From the NCBI GenBank assembly GCA_021816845.1, contig JAKAWT010000002.1, positions 33,017 through 97,016 of the forward strand: a DNA stretch of 64,000 bases. The letters are read 5' to 3'. Positions 18,715 to 29,301 of this stretch are shown piece after piece. This DNA comes from a bacterium. GTDB taxonomy: Bacteria > Patescibacteriota > Dojkabacteria > JAKAPS01 > JAJZLI01. The notes under the pieces were generated by a model, which was not told where the DNA came from, did not search any database, and worked only from the letters and a program-made list of their open reading frames with translations. A program made the translations under genes and the position numbers. The first letter of the stretch is position 1, and each line of letters opens with the position of its first letter.

Positions 18715-19944
18715 GTGAAGGATAAAGAAGTAGAAGGCCTTATTCTTAAGGAGGGTAAAAGACAAGATAGTGTTATAGAGCTTATTGCTTCTGAGAATTA
18801 TGTATCTAAAGATGTCATGGAGGCACAAGGTTCAATACTGACCAATAAATACGCTGAAGGGTATCCTGGTTCTAGATATTATGGTGGTTGTTCAATTGTA
18901 GATGAAATAGAAAATATAGCAATTTCCAGGGCCAAAGACCTATTTAAAGTATCGTTTGTTAATGTTCAACCAAATAGTGGATCAGGAGCAAATCTAGCGG
19001 CATATTTTGCTCTTTTAAAGCCTAAAGATAAAATACTAGGTATGAGACTTAAAGATGGAGGTCATCTTACACACGGATCTCCCGTAAATTTTTCAGGAAA
19101 ACTTTTTAATTTCTCTTTTTATGGGGTTGCATCTTCTGGTTATATAGATTATGATGCAATCTTAAGGATAGCCCAAGATATTAAACCTAAAATGATTGTA
19201 TGTGGAGCATCTGCATACTCGAGGGCTATAGATTTTGCAAAATTTAGGGATATAGCAAATAGTGTTAATGCATATCTTTTTGCTGATATATCACATATTG
19301 CAGGTTTGGTTGTGACAGGTTTACATCAGTCACCTGTAGATTACGCTGATATTATATCTACTACTACACATAAAACCTTGCGTGGACCTAGAAGTGCCAT
19401 TTTAATGACTAACAAAGAATCCATATTTAATCTACTTCAAAAATCTGTTTTTCCTGGATTTGGAGGAGGACCAATGATTCATACTATTGCTGCTAAAGCA
19501 GTTGCATTTAGAGAAGCATCTCTACCATCATTTTTAAAATATCAAGAACAAGTACTTTTAAATTCCAAATATCTTGTAAATGCAATGTTAAATAGAGGAT
19601 TTAAAATAGTTTCAGATGGTACAGATAATCATATGTTTATAGTAGATCTCTCTAATTTTAATATTACAGGTAATGAAGTTCAAGATTTGTTAGATTCAGT
19701 CAACATTGCTGTTTCTAAATCTACTATACCAATGGACAGTAAAGGACCAAATATTGCAAGTGGTATAAGAATAGGCACTCCTGCTATAACATCGCGTTCT
19801 ATGAGAGAAAGAGAAATGGAAAAAATAGCTGATTTCATTAATGAATCAATAAGAAATAGAGAGGATATAAAAACACTCGGTAAAATAAAGGATAGTGTTA
19901 TAAAATTAACTAATGAATTCCCAATATTAGATCACTATGAATAA
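18715..19944 (+). CDS. glyA: Serine hydroxymethyltransferase
   Basis: LIASEN, NKYAEGYPG.RYYGG, GGHLTHG, TTTHKTLRGPR, GIRIGTPA. Confidence 0.98.
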   Translation: MKDKEVEGLILKEGKRQDSVIELIASENYVSKDVMEAQGSILTNKYAEGYPGSRYYGGCSIVDEIENIAISRAKDLFKVSFVNVQPNSGSGANLAAYFALLKPKDKILGMRLKDGGHLTHGSPVNFSGKLFNFSFYGVASSGYIDYDAILRIAQDIKPKMIVCGASAYSRAIDFAKFRDIANSVNAYLFADISHIAGLVVTGLHQSPVDYADIISTTTHKTLRGPRSAILMTNKESIFNLLQKSVFPGFGGGPMIHTIAAKAVAFREASLPSFLKYQEQVLLNSKYLVNAMLNRGFKIVSDGTDNHMFIVDLSNFNITGNEVQDLLDSVNIAVSKSTIPMDSKGPNIASGIRIGTPAITSRSMREREMEKIADFINESIRNREDIKTLGKIKDSVIKLTNEFPILDHYE

Positions 19945-20752
19945 TAAAATCTTTGATGGAAAAGTTGAATCTTTAAGTATAAAAGAAGAAATAAGAGGTT
20001 ATATTAATAGTAATAATATATCTCCTACACTGGGGATAATACAGGTTGGAGATGATAAGCTATCAAATATATTTATTAGAGAGAAAATAAAATTTGCACA
20101 AGATGTTGGTGTAAAAATTGTTTATCATAAATTTGAAAAAGGTTACAATAAACTTTTAGACGCAATTAATCAGTTTAATAATGATATTAAGATAGATGCA
20201 TTCATAGTACAATTACCATTAGTAGGACTAAGTGACAATACTGTTCTTGATAATATATCTCCAAACAAAGACATAGACTGTTTAACATCAATAAATTATA
20301 ATAAACTTATACTTGGTGAATCCCTATTCTACCCAGGTGTTTATTCTGCATTTTTATACATTTTTAAAAAATGTAAATTACCAAAATCATCACATATTTT
20401 AGTCATAGGTTCAGGATTTGTGGGTTTACCTATTTCTAATTATTTAGTACGTAATAAATATAATGTTACAGTACTTGATAGATATGCCAAACAAAATGAT
20501 ATATCCAAATTTTCAAAATTATCGGATATGATAGTATTTACAGCTGGGGTATCAAATGTAATTAGAAAAGATGATGTAAAAGAAGGATCTTTCCTTATAA
20601 ACATAGGTCAAAGTGCAAATTTCGATGGAAGTATATCTGGAGGTATTGATAATAACGCAATATCTAAATCTCGCTTTTTTGTCCCATCCAAAGGAGGGAT
20701 AGGCCCTTTAACAGTTGCAATGTTATTCAAAAATTTATGTAATATTTTTTAG
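19937..20752 (+). CDS. folD: Methylene-THF dehydrogenase/cyclohydrolase, divergent
   Basis: LGIIQVGDD, IVQLPL, KDIDCL, GGIGPLTVAML..N; coupled to glyA. Confidence 0.85.
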   Translation: MNNKIFDGKVESLSIKEEIRGYINSNNISPTLGIIQVGDDKLSNIFIREKIKFAQDVGVKIVYHKFEKGYNKLLDAINQFNNDIKIDAFIVQLPLVGLSDNTVLDNISPNKDIDCLTSINYNKLILGESLFYPGVYSAFLYIFKKCKLPKSSHILVIGSGFVGLPISNYLVRNKYNVTVLDRYAKQNDISKFSKLSDMIVFTAGVSNVIRKDDVKEGSFLINIGQSANFDGSISGGIDNNAISKSRFFVPSKGGIGPLTVAMLFKNLCNIF

Positions 20753-21853
20753 AATTGTCTGTATTATTATTTTACTTGCATTTTTTGGTAAATCTATTTT
20801 TTTTGTATTTTCCCTCTCCTGTAATTTTTTAAGCTCTACATTTAGTGTACTAAAAGATAATAATGATTCACTTATTATAGATATAGTATCAGAATATTTT
20901 CTTGCTATTTTTGCATTTTCATATTGCTCTCCAAAAGAACTTGACGTTATAGGTATTAATATGGCTTTTTTATTAAGGACTAATATCTCGTAAACAGTAT
21001 TAGCCCCTGCTCTACTGACTATTATGTCAGCCTTTTTAAAGACCTCTCCTATTTCATCGCCCCATATACCACGGCGTATTATATATCTTGCTTTTAAAAT
21101 CGCAGGTAGAGTCTCTCTTAAAATCGTAGCTTTTTTGTAGTCATCAAATATTGTGTTAGATCCAGTTTGGTGAATTATATTATATTGTTTTGATAACTTT
21201 TTTATATTTTTAAATACTATTTGGTTTATGATATGCGATCCTTGATTCCCACCTGTTATATATAACACAGGGAGATTTTTATTGAATTTAAAATTGTCAG
21301 TTTTAGATTTAAATATCTCTTCTCTTAAAATATTCCCCGTAAATATTATATTCTTATCTCTAATGCTTATTTTTTTAAAATATTTTTCTGTATCTTTCCA
21401 AGTTGTAAATATTGTATTTGAAAAAATTGAAGTTATCCTCGATGCCAAACCTGGGATTGAAGCTTGTTCATGGGTAAATACTTTTATCCTGAAAATACCA
21501 CCCCAGAAAACTATTGGTACAGATACATATGATCCAAAGGAAATTATCATTTCTGGCCTATATTTCACTATATAATATAATGCTTGAAAAAAACCTATTG
21601 GAATTTTCAAAAATGATATTATCCCTTTCACTGATAAAAACCTATATAACTTTCCAGTATTTAATGGCAAGAATTTTATATTATTTTTTTGTGCAAATTG
21701 ATATTCTTGAGACAGTGATTTATCAAATAATATTGTGTGTTTAATACCTACAAAGAATATATCCAGATTTTTTTTATTTTTGATACCATCATATATAGCT
21801 TGGGCTGGTGTTAAATGTCCTCCTATTAAAAAGATGGTATTTTTTCTTCTCAT
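20735..21853 (-). CDS. murG: UDP-GlcNAc:lipid I GlcNAc transferase
   Basis: GGHLTPA, FGSYVSVP, HEQ, TGN, ITGGNQGS, SRAGANT, EQYENA. Confidence 0.95.
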   Translation of the reverse strand: MRRKNTIFLIGGHLTPAQAIYDGIKNKKNLDIFFVGIKHTILFDKSLSQEYQFAQKNNIKFLPLNTGKLYRFLSVKGIISFLKIPIGFFQALYYIVKYRPEMIISFGSYVSVPIVFWGGIFRIKVFTHEQASIPGLASRITSIFSNTIFTTWKDTEKYFKKISIRDKNIIFTGNILREEIFKSKTDNFKFNKNLPVLYITGGNQGSHIINQIVFKNIKKLSKQYNIIHQTGSNTIFDDYKKATILRETLPAILKARYIIRRGIWGDEIGEVFKKADIIVSRAGANTVYEILVLNKKAILIPITSSSFGEQYENAKIARKYSDTISIISESLLSFSTLNVELKKLQERENTKKIDLPKNASKIIIQTILKNIT

Positions 21854-22974
21854 GTTTTTTTATTTATATTTAGTACAAAGCCTATTGCTGTTAATAGTAT
21901 TATAACAGATGATCCCCCATATGAAATCAAAGGCAATGGTATACCTGTTAATGGGATTATCCCAATATTAGCAGCTATGTTCAGCATCGCCTGAGCTCCT
22001 ATCCAGATACCAATGCCTGCAGCCATAAATTTACCAAATGAACTTCCAGATCTTATAGCTACCTTGAATATGAGATAAACAAGGTATAGGTATAGCACGA
22101 TTAAAAGGATACTCCCGATTAACCCCATCTCTTCAGCAAGTACAGCAAAAATTGAATCAGTAATCGATGTTGTGCCAACTAGATATTGATTTTTCTGTAC
22201 AGATTGTGTGAATCCAACGCCCAATAATCCGCCAGATCCTATAGCTATCATTATTTGATGCACTTGATATCCAGCACCCTGCAGGAAATTATTTGATTTT
22301 GATGAACTCAGGTAAGTTAGAAGCCTTTGTACTCTGTATGGTTCTATAACAATTGCTAAAACTCCAGCAAGTATAAAAGTGAAAAAAGATATTAATAAGT
22401 TAAGTTTAAGATATTTTGAACTGTCACCTAAAATCAACATGAATAATGCTATTAATATTATTATTATTGTTGTCCCTAAATCTTTTTCAAGTACAATTAA
22501 TCCTGCTATAAATGCAGTAATTGCTAGAAATGGCAATAATAATTTTTTCAAATCATCACTAAATGTTTTTATACTATCTATGATCTTTTGTCTTTTTACA
22601 AACCATGCAGATATGTATGTTATAAAAGCAAATTTAGCAAATTCTGAGGGTTGAAAATTAGCAAAATTTAGTAAATTTATCCATCTAGCAGATCCATTAA
22701 TTTTTCTCGATAGTACTATAACAACAATTAGTAAGAATATAGCTAATATCATGAGTAAAAATGAATATTTTTGAAATAGTTTGTAGTTGACTTTATATAT
22801 TATAAAACCAGTTATAGCACCAATAATCATCCATAAGCTTTGTAGCAATATATAATGATATCTTCCAGCATATAACCCTAATGATCCATCAAACACCATA
22901 ACTATGCCTATTATTGATATAATAATTGTTACTATGATGATTCTTTTTTGGAGATAATCTCTACTTACTTCCAT
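21850..22974 (-). CDS. ftsW: SEDS peptidoglycan polymerase FtsW
   Basis: NGSARWI, FQPSEFAK, DLGT, GYQ, AIGSGG, DSIFAVLAEE, TGIPLPLISYGGSS; immediately upstream of murG. Confidence 0.9.
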   Translation of the reverse strand: MEVSRDYLQKRIIIVTIIISIIGIVMVFDGSLGLYAGRYHYILLQSLWMIIGAITGFIIYKVNYKLFQKYSFLLMILAIFLLIVVIVLSRKINGSARWINLLNFANFQPSEFAKFAFITYISAWFVKRQKIIDSIKTFSDDLKKLLLPFLAITAFIAGLIVLEKDLGTTIIIILIALFMLILGDSSKYLKLNLLISFFTFILAGVLAIVIEPYRVQRLLTYLSSSKSNNFLQGAGYQVHQIMIAIGSGGLLGVGFTQSVQKNQYLVGTTSITDSIFAVLAEEMGLIGSILLIVLYLYLVYLIFKVAIRSGSSFGKFMAAGIGIWIGAQAMLNIAANIGIIPLTGIPLPLISYGGSSVIILLTAIGFVLNINKKT

Positions 22975-23045
22975 ACAATTTTTATATCATAGTACAAAGT
23001 AATAACTCAAATTATTTAATTCCCTTGATATCCTGATTCAATAAT

Positions 23046-24326
23046 CTAGATCCTATTTTTGGTATGAATATTTTGTACTATACCTAGAGATATCAATATT
23101 GTTATTAAAGAAGATCCCCCATAAGATACTAATGGTAATGGAATACCTGTGACAGGTACAAAACCAATAGACATACCTATATTTATTACAAATTGGAAAA
23201 ATATCATTGTTATAATTCCGAAAACCAAAAGGAATGCAAATTTATTCTCAGTATTCTTTAAAATAAATAATAGTCTTGAAAATAATACGATGTATAAGAA
23301 CATAAAGACTATATCACCTATAAATCCAAAGTCTTCTATAAATGTAGAATATATAAAATCAGTAGTGTCTTCAGGTAAAAAATTTAAACTTGACTGCGTT
23401 CCTTTACCGTACCCTTCTCCCCATAACCCTCCAGATCCAATAGCAATTTTTGATTGCGTTGTCTGAAAATTTAGTGAGTTTGAATAATTATTTGAGGATG
23501 AAGATAGAAATCCAACGATTCTTTGTTTTTGATAATTTTTCATTAAATGATCCCACACAACAAATTTGAATGTAGATCCAAATAAAATCCCAAAGAGAAC
23601 TATGCCCAAGAATAAATAGGAATACATCTTCTTTCTAGATAGTTTATATAATATTGTCTCTAAAGCTAAAAAAATTAAAAATAAGGCAATATTTATTTTA
23701 AAAAATATCAGGTTCAAGTTAGCTGAAAGAAAATTTATACCTATAAATACTGTTATGAAAAGAGATGAAACTATGAATGTTAGGAATATTATTATTAATT
23801 TTATTTGATCATAATATGCGGCAAAAACAATAGCAGCCCAAATCACTACAATAACTATAGACGTACCTAAAGCTGGTTGTTTAAATACAAGTGCAACTAT
23901 AGGAAGGATTATTAAAAATCCTAAAAGTATTTTTTTAATTATTTTCTCCCCTTTTTGGAAAATAGTAAAAAAAGATGCAGTAATAATGATAATGACTATT
24001 TTTGCGAACTCTGCAGGTTGTATATCTATACCTCCAATCGTGAACCATCTGTGTGTATTATTTAATTTTATATTCAATATGTATATGAGTATAAGGAGGA
24101 TAAAAACAGCAGTATATGCTATCATCTGAAGGGATTTATATTTATAGATATTATAGTCAATTCCTATTAGAAAAAAATAAATAATTAATCCTAATATCAT
24201 AAATATAGTTTGTCTTTCTGCTATATAAGAATTATTGGTTGAAGATATAGTAACAATTCCTATTACCATCAATAGGATAATTGTTATAGTAAGAATGAAA
24301 TCTTGTTTAATGAATGCTTTAAACAT
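23046..24326 (-). CDS. rodA: SEDS peptidoglycan polymerase RodA
   Basis: RWF, QPAEFAK, YQKQRI, QSKIAIGSGG, GTQSSLNFLPE..TDFI, TGIPLPLVSYGGSS. Confidence 0.9.
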   Translation of the reverse strand: MFKAFIKQDFILTITIILLMVIGIVTISSTNNSYIAERQTIFMILGLIIYFFLIGIDYNIYKYKSLQMIAYTAVFILLILIYILNIKLNNTHRWFTIGGIDIQPAEFAKIVIIIITASFFTIFQKGEKIIKKILLGFLIILPIVALVFKQPALGTSIVIVVIWAAIVFAAYYDQIKLIIIFLTFIVSSLFITVFIGINFLSANLNLIFFKINIALFLIFLALETILYKLSRKKMYSYLFLGIVLFGILFGSTFKFVVWDHLMKNYQKQRIVGFLSSSSNNYSNSLNFQTTQSKIAIGSGGLWGEGYGKGTQSSLNFLPEDTTDFIYSTFIEDFGFIGDIVFMFLYIVLFSRLLFILKNTENKFAFLLVFGIITMIFFQFVINIGMSIGFVPVTGIPLPLVSYGGSSLITILISLGIVQNIHTKNRI

Positions 24327-27240
24327 CTATTTTTACATAAAGGATTTTACTATCTATTTTAATAGCCGTACCAAAATTCCCCTCTTGGTTTGTATCTTTA
24401 GGTTTTGTATCAATAGTTAGCTTTTTTGATTTTATAGATTTTTTTATACTCTCTTTGAATTTTTTCAATACTTCTAATATATCATTGTCAGAAGATACTA
24501 TCGTTATATTGATCTCATCTTTCATATTTAAATGCATATTAGATCTTAAATTTTGTATCTCACGTATAATCTCTTTAGATATACCCTCTTTTATTATTTC
24601 TTTGTCAAGTTTTGTGTTAATTCCTACAGATCCAAATTTATTTTGTTTACTTTTAAAATTTTTCATATCTTTAAAAAGTAAATTTTTAGTGTTTATCTCA
24701 TCCTTTATTAATTCTAGAATCTTAATATTGGTGGAATCTTTGTCATTTTCTAAACCACTATACACGATATATGCCTCATTAATTGGTTGTTTTAATTTTA
24801 TTGAATTTTCTACCCTTATACTTTGGAGTTGAGATATAGCATTTCTCGCAAGATCCATTTTTAAATTGAGCTCTTTATTAATTAATTTTGTATTAATTTC
24901 TGGGTAATTTTCAAGGTGTACACTGTCTAATGGACCTTTAAGTGATTGATAGATAAATTCAGATAGAAAAGGTAATATAGGTGCAGTTATAATAGAAAAT
25001 TGCAATAAAGTATAATATAGAATATTTAAAGCCTCTTTGTCTCCATTAACAAATCTATCTCTTGATCTACGTATATACCATGTTGATAAATCTTCTATAA
25101 ATGGATGGATAGATAAAGCTGCATCCATAAGATTATATCTTTCAATATTACCTGATATATCAGATTTTAACATTTCAACTCTTGATATCATCCATGAATC
25201 AAGAACATTATTGGAATTTATTAGTTTAGTTGGAGTGAAATCAAAAGTATTAGCATATATAGTAAAGTATTTTAAAGAATTGTATATTGTTAAAAATATA
25301 TCTTTTATAATGTCAGATACACCTTGATCTTTGAAATTTAAGTCTTCTCCATTAACTAATGGTGACTTTATAAGATACAATCTTAAGGCTTCAGCTCCAA
25401 ACTTATCTATAAGCAACATTGGATCTGTATAGTTTTTTTTAGATTTCGACATTTTTTGTCCTCCACCAGCTTGTACAAGACCTGTAGTTATAACATTTTT
25501 GAAAGCAGCAGAATCCATTAAAGCTGTAGAAATTGTATGCAGTGAATAAAACCACCCACGTGTTTGATCTATAGCTTCAGCAATAAAATCTGCAGGAAAA
25601 GTCTTGTTGAATCTATCTTTGTTCTCAAATGGGTAATGCTTCTGTGCATATGGCATAGATCCAGATTCAAACCAACAATCTAATACTTCTGGTATTCTTT
25701 TTAACTTACCGGTCTTACATTCTGTACAATCAAATTCTATATCATCTATGAAGTGTCTATGTATATCAGGTATAGTACGATTTGATAAATCCTCAAGTTC
25801 TTTAATTGATCCTAATACTATTAAATTGGAACATTTATCACATTTAAAAACAGGTAGAGGTGTTCCCCAATATCTATTTCTTGATATACACCAATCTGGA
25901 GCATTTTTAAGTCCTTCTTGAAATCTACCATGCTTTATATGTTTAGGATTCCAATTTATAGTCTCATTATTTTTTAGAGAATCGTCCTTTATCTTTTGGA
26001 CATTTAAAAACCAAGAGTTCATAGAGTAGTTTAATAATGGTGTATCACACCTCCAACAATGAGGGTAAGAATGTTCTATTTCTATAGTCTTCAGAAGGTA
26101 ATTGTTCAGAGAAAGAAATTCTATTATTCTTTGATTTAGATCTCTAGCTTCTTCCCCAGCCCATTCCATCATTGGGTATTCAGAGAATTTGCCTTCTATA
26201 TTTACGTGATTTATATGAGGAGCCTTCAATTTTTGCCCTAATAACATATCTTCCTCTCCAAATGCAGGGGCTATATGTACTATACCTGTTCCTTCATTAT
26301 CTGTTACAAAATCAGCTTCCGCTATAAACCATCCATCTTTTTTAATTATTTTATCGTACTTCTCTACATTAAATATTGGATTATATCTTTTTCCAATTAA
26401 ATCTTGTGCATTTATATTCCTTAAAATTTTATACTCCATACCTTCAAATACATACTCTACCCTACTTTCTGCAAGGATATATTTTTCATTATTACTTTCA
26501 ACTTCAACATATTTGAAATCTCTATTTATTGCAAGTAAAGTATTTGCAGGAAGTGTCCATGGTGTGGTTGTCCATGCCAAGAGATATTTGTTTTCATCCT
26601 CTAATTTGAATTTTACTATCACAGAGGAGTCTATGAGATCTTTATAACCCATCTGTACTTCTGTATTAGAAAGTGGTGTAGCACACCTTGGACATATATG
26701 AATGCTCTTATATCCCTCATATATAAGACCTTTATCATATATGGATTTAAATACGAACCATATGCTCTCCATATAATCTCGGTCCATTGTTTTATAATCA
26801 TTCTCCATATCTACCCATCTACCCATTCTATTTGTTATTGCTTTCCACTCTTCAGCATACTTTAGGACTATTGCTCTACAAGATTCATTGAAAATATCTA
26901 TTCCTAGAGTTTCAATTTCTTTCTTATTTTTTATACCTTTTATTTTTTCAACTTCATATTCCACAGGTAGCCCATGGCAATCCCACCCAAATCTTCGTTC
27001 AACATAATATCCTTTCATCGTGAAATACCTTGGTATTATATCCTTTATAGTCCCTTGTATTAAATGACCATGATGAGGAAGACCAGTAGCGAATGGGGGG
27101 CCATCGTAAAAAGAATATTCTGGATTTCCCTTCCTTTGTTCTAGGGATTTTTTAAATATATCTTTTGCTTTCCATATTTCAAGTACATTCTCCTCTATTT
27201 TAGGGAAATCTGGTTTTGATTCTAATTCTCTGAATTTCAT
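24319..27240 (-). CDS. ileS: Isoleucyl-tRNA synthetase, type 2 (archaeal/eukaryote-like)
   Basis: FYDGPPFATGLPHHGH, GWDCHGLPVE, WTTTPWT, YPHCWRCDTPL, DWCISRNRYWGTP, DQTRGWFY, KMSKS. Confidence 0.97.
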   Translation of the reverse strand: MKFRELESKPDFPKIEENVLEIWKAKDIFKKSLEQRKGNPEYSFYDGPPFATGLPHHGHLIQGTIKDIIPRYFTMKGYYVERRFGWDCHGLPVEYEVEKIKGIKNKKEIETLGIDIFNESCRAIVLKYAEEWKAITNRMGRWVDMENDYKTMDRDYMESIWFVFKSIYDKGLIYEGYKSIHICPRCATPLSNTEVQMGYKDLIDSSVIVKFKLEDENKYLLAWTTTPWTLPANTLLAINRDFKYVEVESNNEKYILAESRVEYVFEGMEYKILRNINAQDLIGKRYNPIFNVEKYDKIIKKDGWFIAEADFVTDNEGTGIVHIAPAFGEEDMLLGQKLKAPHINHVNIEGKFSEYPMMEWAGEEARDLNQRIIEFLSLNNYLLKTIEIEHSYPHCWRCDTPLLNYSMNSWFLNVQKIKDDSLKNNETINWNPKHIKHGRFQEGLKNAPDWCISRNRYWGTPLPVFKCDKCSNLIVLGSIKELEDLSNRTIPDIHRHFIDDIEFDCTECKTGKLKRIPEVLDCWFESGSMPYAQKHYPFENKDRFNKTFPADFIAEAIDQTRGWFYSLHTISTALMDSAAFKNVITTGLVQAGGGQKMSKSKKNYTDPMLLIDKFGAEALRLYLIKSPLVNGEDLNFKDQGVSDIIKDIFLTIYNSLKYFTIYANTFDFTPTKLINSNNVLDSWMISRVEMLKSDISGNIERYNLMDAALSIHPFIEDLSTWYIRRSRDRFVNGDKEALNILYYTLLQFSIITAPILPFLSEFIYQSLKGPLDSVHLENYPEINTKLINKELNLKMDLARNAISQLQSIRVENSIKLKQPINEAYIVYSGLENDKDSTNIKILELIKDEINTKNLLFKDMKNFKSKQNKFGSVGINTKLDKEIIKEGISKEIIREIQNLRSNMHLNMKDEINITIVSSDNDILEVLKKFKESIKKSIKSKKLTIDTKPKDTNQEGNFGTAIKIDSKILYVKIDV

Positions 27241-27406
27241 TGGATTTTAAATCTTTAATTCATCTTATATATTTTATAACGACCATTTTACAATAAATAT
27301 CACTACCTGTCCAATAGGATAAATCTATAGTATTTTGTAATTATCATTAAATTCTATATAATTATGCTATTATTTGACTACTTGGTTCTAATATCTCAAT
27401 TTAAAT

Positions 27407-28906
27407 ATGATAAGAAAATTTTTTAAAATTTTTCCCTATATATTAACAGTACTTCTAAGAATACCTGCATTTTTTGAACCACATACTTATACGGATACAG
27501 GTATATATTCTGCTGTAGGTATAGGGTTAAATCATGGAGATGTTCTTTATAGGAACATTTTTGATAATAAGCCACCATTTATCTATTATCTCTATTCATA
27601 TTTAGAAAGAATACCGTTCAGTTTAACATTTGAATACCAAATGCTATCTTTAATATCTACTTTATTAACAGAATTTTTAGTATATAAAATTGCAAGAATT
27701 AAATTTGGAGAAAAAGTTGCTATATTGTCAACCTTATTTTTTTCAATTTTCATTGCTAGTGCATTTTTTGAAGGTAATGTGGCAAATGTAGAAAATTATT
27801 TTATGTTTTTTACAACACTATCAATATACCTTATTATCAAGAATGACAAATTCAGAAAAAGTATATTATATACATATCTTCTAGGTGTAATTTTAGGATT
27901 AGGCGTGATGTTTAAAGTGTCTGCTATATTGGATGGTTTTTTTGTAATAGTGTTATTCTTTTTCATTTTTGAGGCTGATTCTCATGATTTTAAATCCTTT
28001 ATAAAAAATAGTTGGTTTTATGGTATTGGTGTTTTATCCCCTATGATACTTTTTCTGTTATATGAAATTTTAATTCATAATTTCAAAAATGCAATAAATG
28101 CAATGTTCTTGTATAACATTCCTTATGTATCATATCAAGCTTCTAATAGAATCTTAGGATTTTCATATTTTAAATTCACACTAGTTATGTTCTTCATAGC
28201 TATAATTTTTATATATTTTTTATATAAAAAATTTAAGATTGATATTAACATTGTAATAATTATTCTTTGGTTTTTATGTGATTATTATGCGAGTGTTATA
28301 TCAGGAAGAGGATATTTACACTACCTTCTCCAACCACTAGTACCCTTCTCAATACTACTAGCATATCTTATTTTCTTGGTAATTAGGTCAAACATTATCT
28401 ATAAGATAATTATTGTTGTATCAACTACACTATTTGTATATATATTGTTATTTTATTTCCTTATTTACAAACCGTATTGGTTGATTCCAATACAATATCA
28501 GAATAAGGTTAATTATTATCCAACATTTATATCATATATAACGGGACAAAGTTCTAAATCTCAATACTATCATTTCTTTAAGGGTAATAGCTATGATAAT
28601 ATTGCCTCAGAATTGAATAATATTGGTGTTAAAGGTAGAAGGATTTTTGTGATGGCTAATTATCCTTGGTTGTATTATAAAACAAAAACTATACCAGATA
28701 TTCCATATTCTGATGATTTCATGCTTAGGAATGGAGAAAGGACCTACTATAATAAAGCATATTTTTATTTAGAAAGGCACAACCCATATGTAATAGTATA
28801 CTTTAATGACGGGCTAGATTTTACGCAACTTTTTACCTTAATTAAAGATAAATATACATTATTAAAAACAGTAGATGGAGTACAAATATATAAAATGAAA
28901 AGTTAA
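27407..28906 (+). CDS. GT-C fold (ArnT/PMT-like) polytopic membrane glycosyltransferase
   Basis: Acidic residue in the first loop (YTDTGIY), LY..IFDNKPP.IY motif, many TM helices, GRGY.HY, soluble C-terminal domain. Confidence 0.8.
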   Translation: MIRKFFKIFPYILTVLLRIPAFFEPHTYTDTGIYSAVGIGLNHGDVLYRNIFDNKPPFIYYLYSYLERIPFSLTFEYQMLSLISTLLTEFLVYKIARIKFGEKVAILSTLFFSIFIASAFFEGNVANVENYFMFFTTLSIYLIIKNDKFRKSILYTYLLGVILGLGVMFKVSAILDGFFVIVLFFFIFEADSHDFKSFIKNSWFYGIGVLSPMILFLLYEILIHNFKNAINAMFLYNIPYVSYQASNRILGFSYFKFTLVMFFIAIIFIYFLYKKFKIDINIVIIILWFLCDYYASVISGRGYLHYLLQPLVPFSILLAYLIFLVIRSNIIYKIIIVVSTTLFVYILLFYFLIYKPYWLIPIQYQNKVNYYPTFISYITGQSSKSQYYHFFKGNSYDNIASELNNIGVKGRRIFVMANYPWLYYKTKTIPDIPYSDDFMLRNGERTYYNKAYFYLERHNPYVIVYFNDGLDFTQLFTLIKDKYTLLKTVDGVQIYKMKS

Positions 28907-28907
28907 T

Positions 28908-29168
28908 CTAAGCAGTTTTAACTTTACTGGATTTATTCTTTTTTCTTATTGGTGAGTTTTGTTTTTTTTCCTCTTTAACTTGTTTAACTATATTTGTTTT
29001 AATTTCATCAGCTTTATCTTGGAGTATTTGTTTTGAATCATTATATTTAGTTACAATTTCATCTCTATTTTCCTTTTTAGAGAAATAGGATGTCAATGTC
29101 CCAGCAACAACTCCTGCCACAAAAGTGAATAATAATTTTCCTCCATTTTTTTTGCTCTTTTGAATCAT
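28908..29168 (-). CDS. Small YtxH-like membrane-anchored coiled-coil protein
   Basis: F..G...G TM segment followed by KENR and a charged helix; GAGG SD upstream. Confidence 0.55.
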   Translation of the reverse strand: MIQKSKKNGGKLLFTFVAGVVAGTLTSYFSKKENRDEIVTKYNDSKQILQDKADEIKTNIVKQVKEEKKQNSPIRKKNKSSKVKTA

Positions 29169-29301
29169 AATCCTATCCTCACAAATAATATACTATATTT
29201 TTAAAATTAAGTATATATTTAACTGGTATAATTTGTGTGTAACTGATTGAATATAAAATATTATATTGATAGAATAACTCTATAACTTTATTTTATTCAA
29301 C

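Noticed and set aside
27060-27085. Mupirocin hyper-resistance motif in IleRS2
   Set aside because: The signature is canonical HxGH (HHGH), not the swapped GxHH form; only ordinary type-2 status can be claimed.
27241-27406. T-box leader upstream of ileS (also considered for tyrS, thrS and pheS, and an L20 leader for infC)
   Set aside because: No T-box consensus or structured GC-rich stems; the leaders are too short or AT-only.
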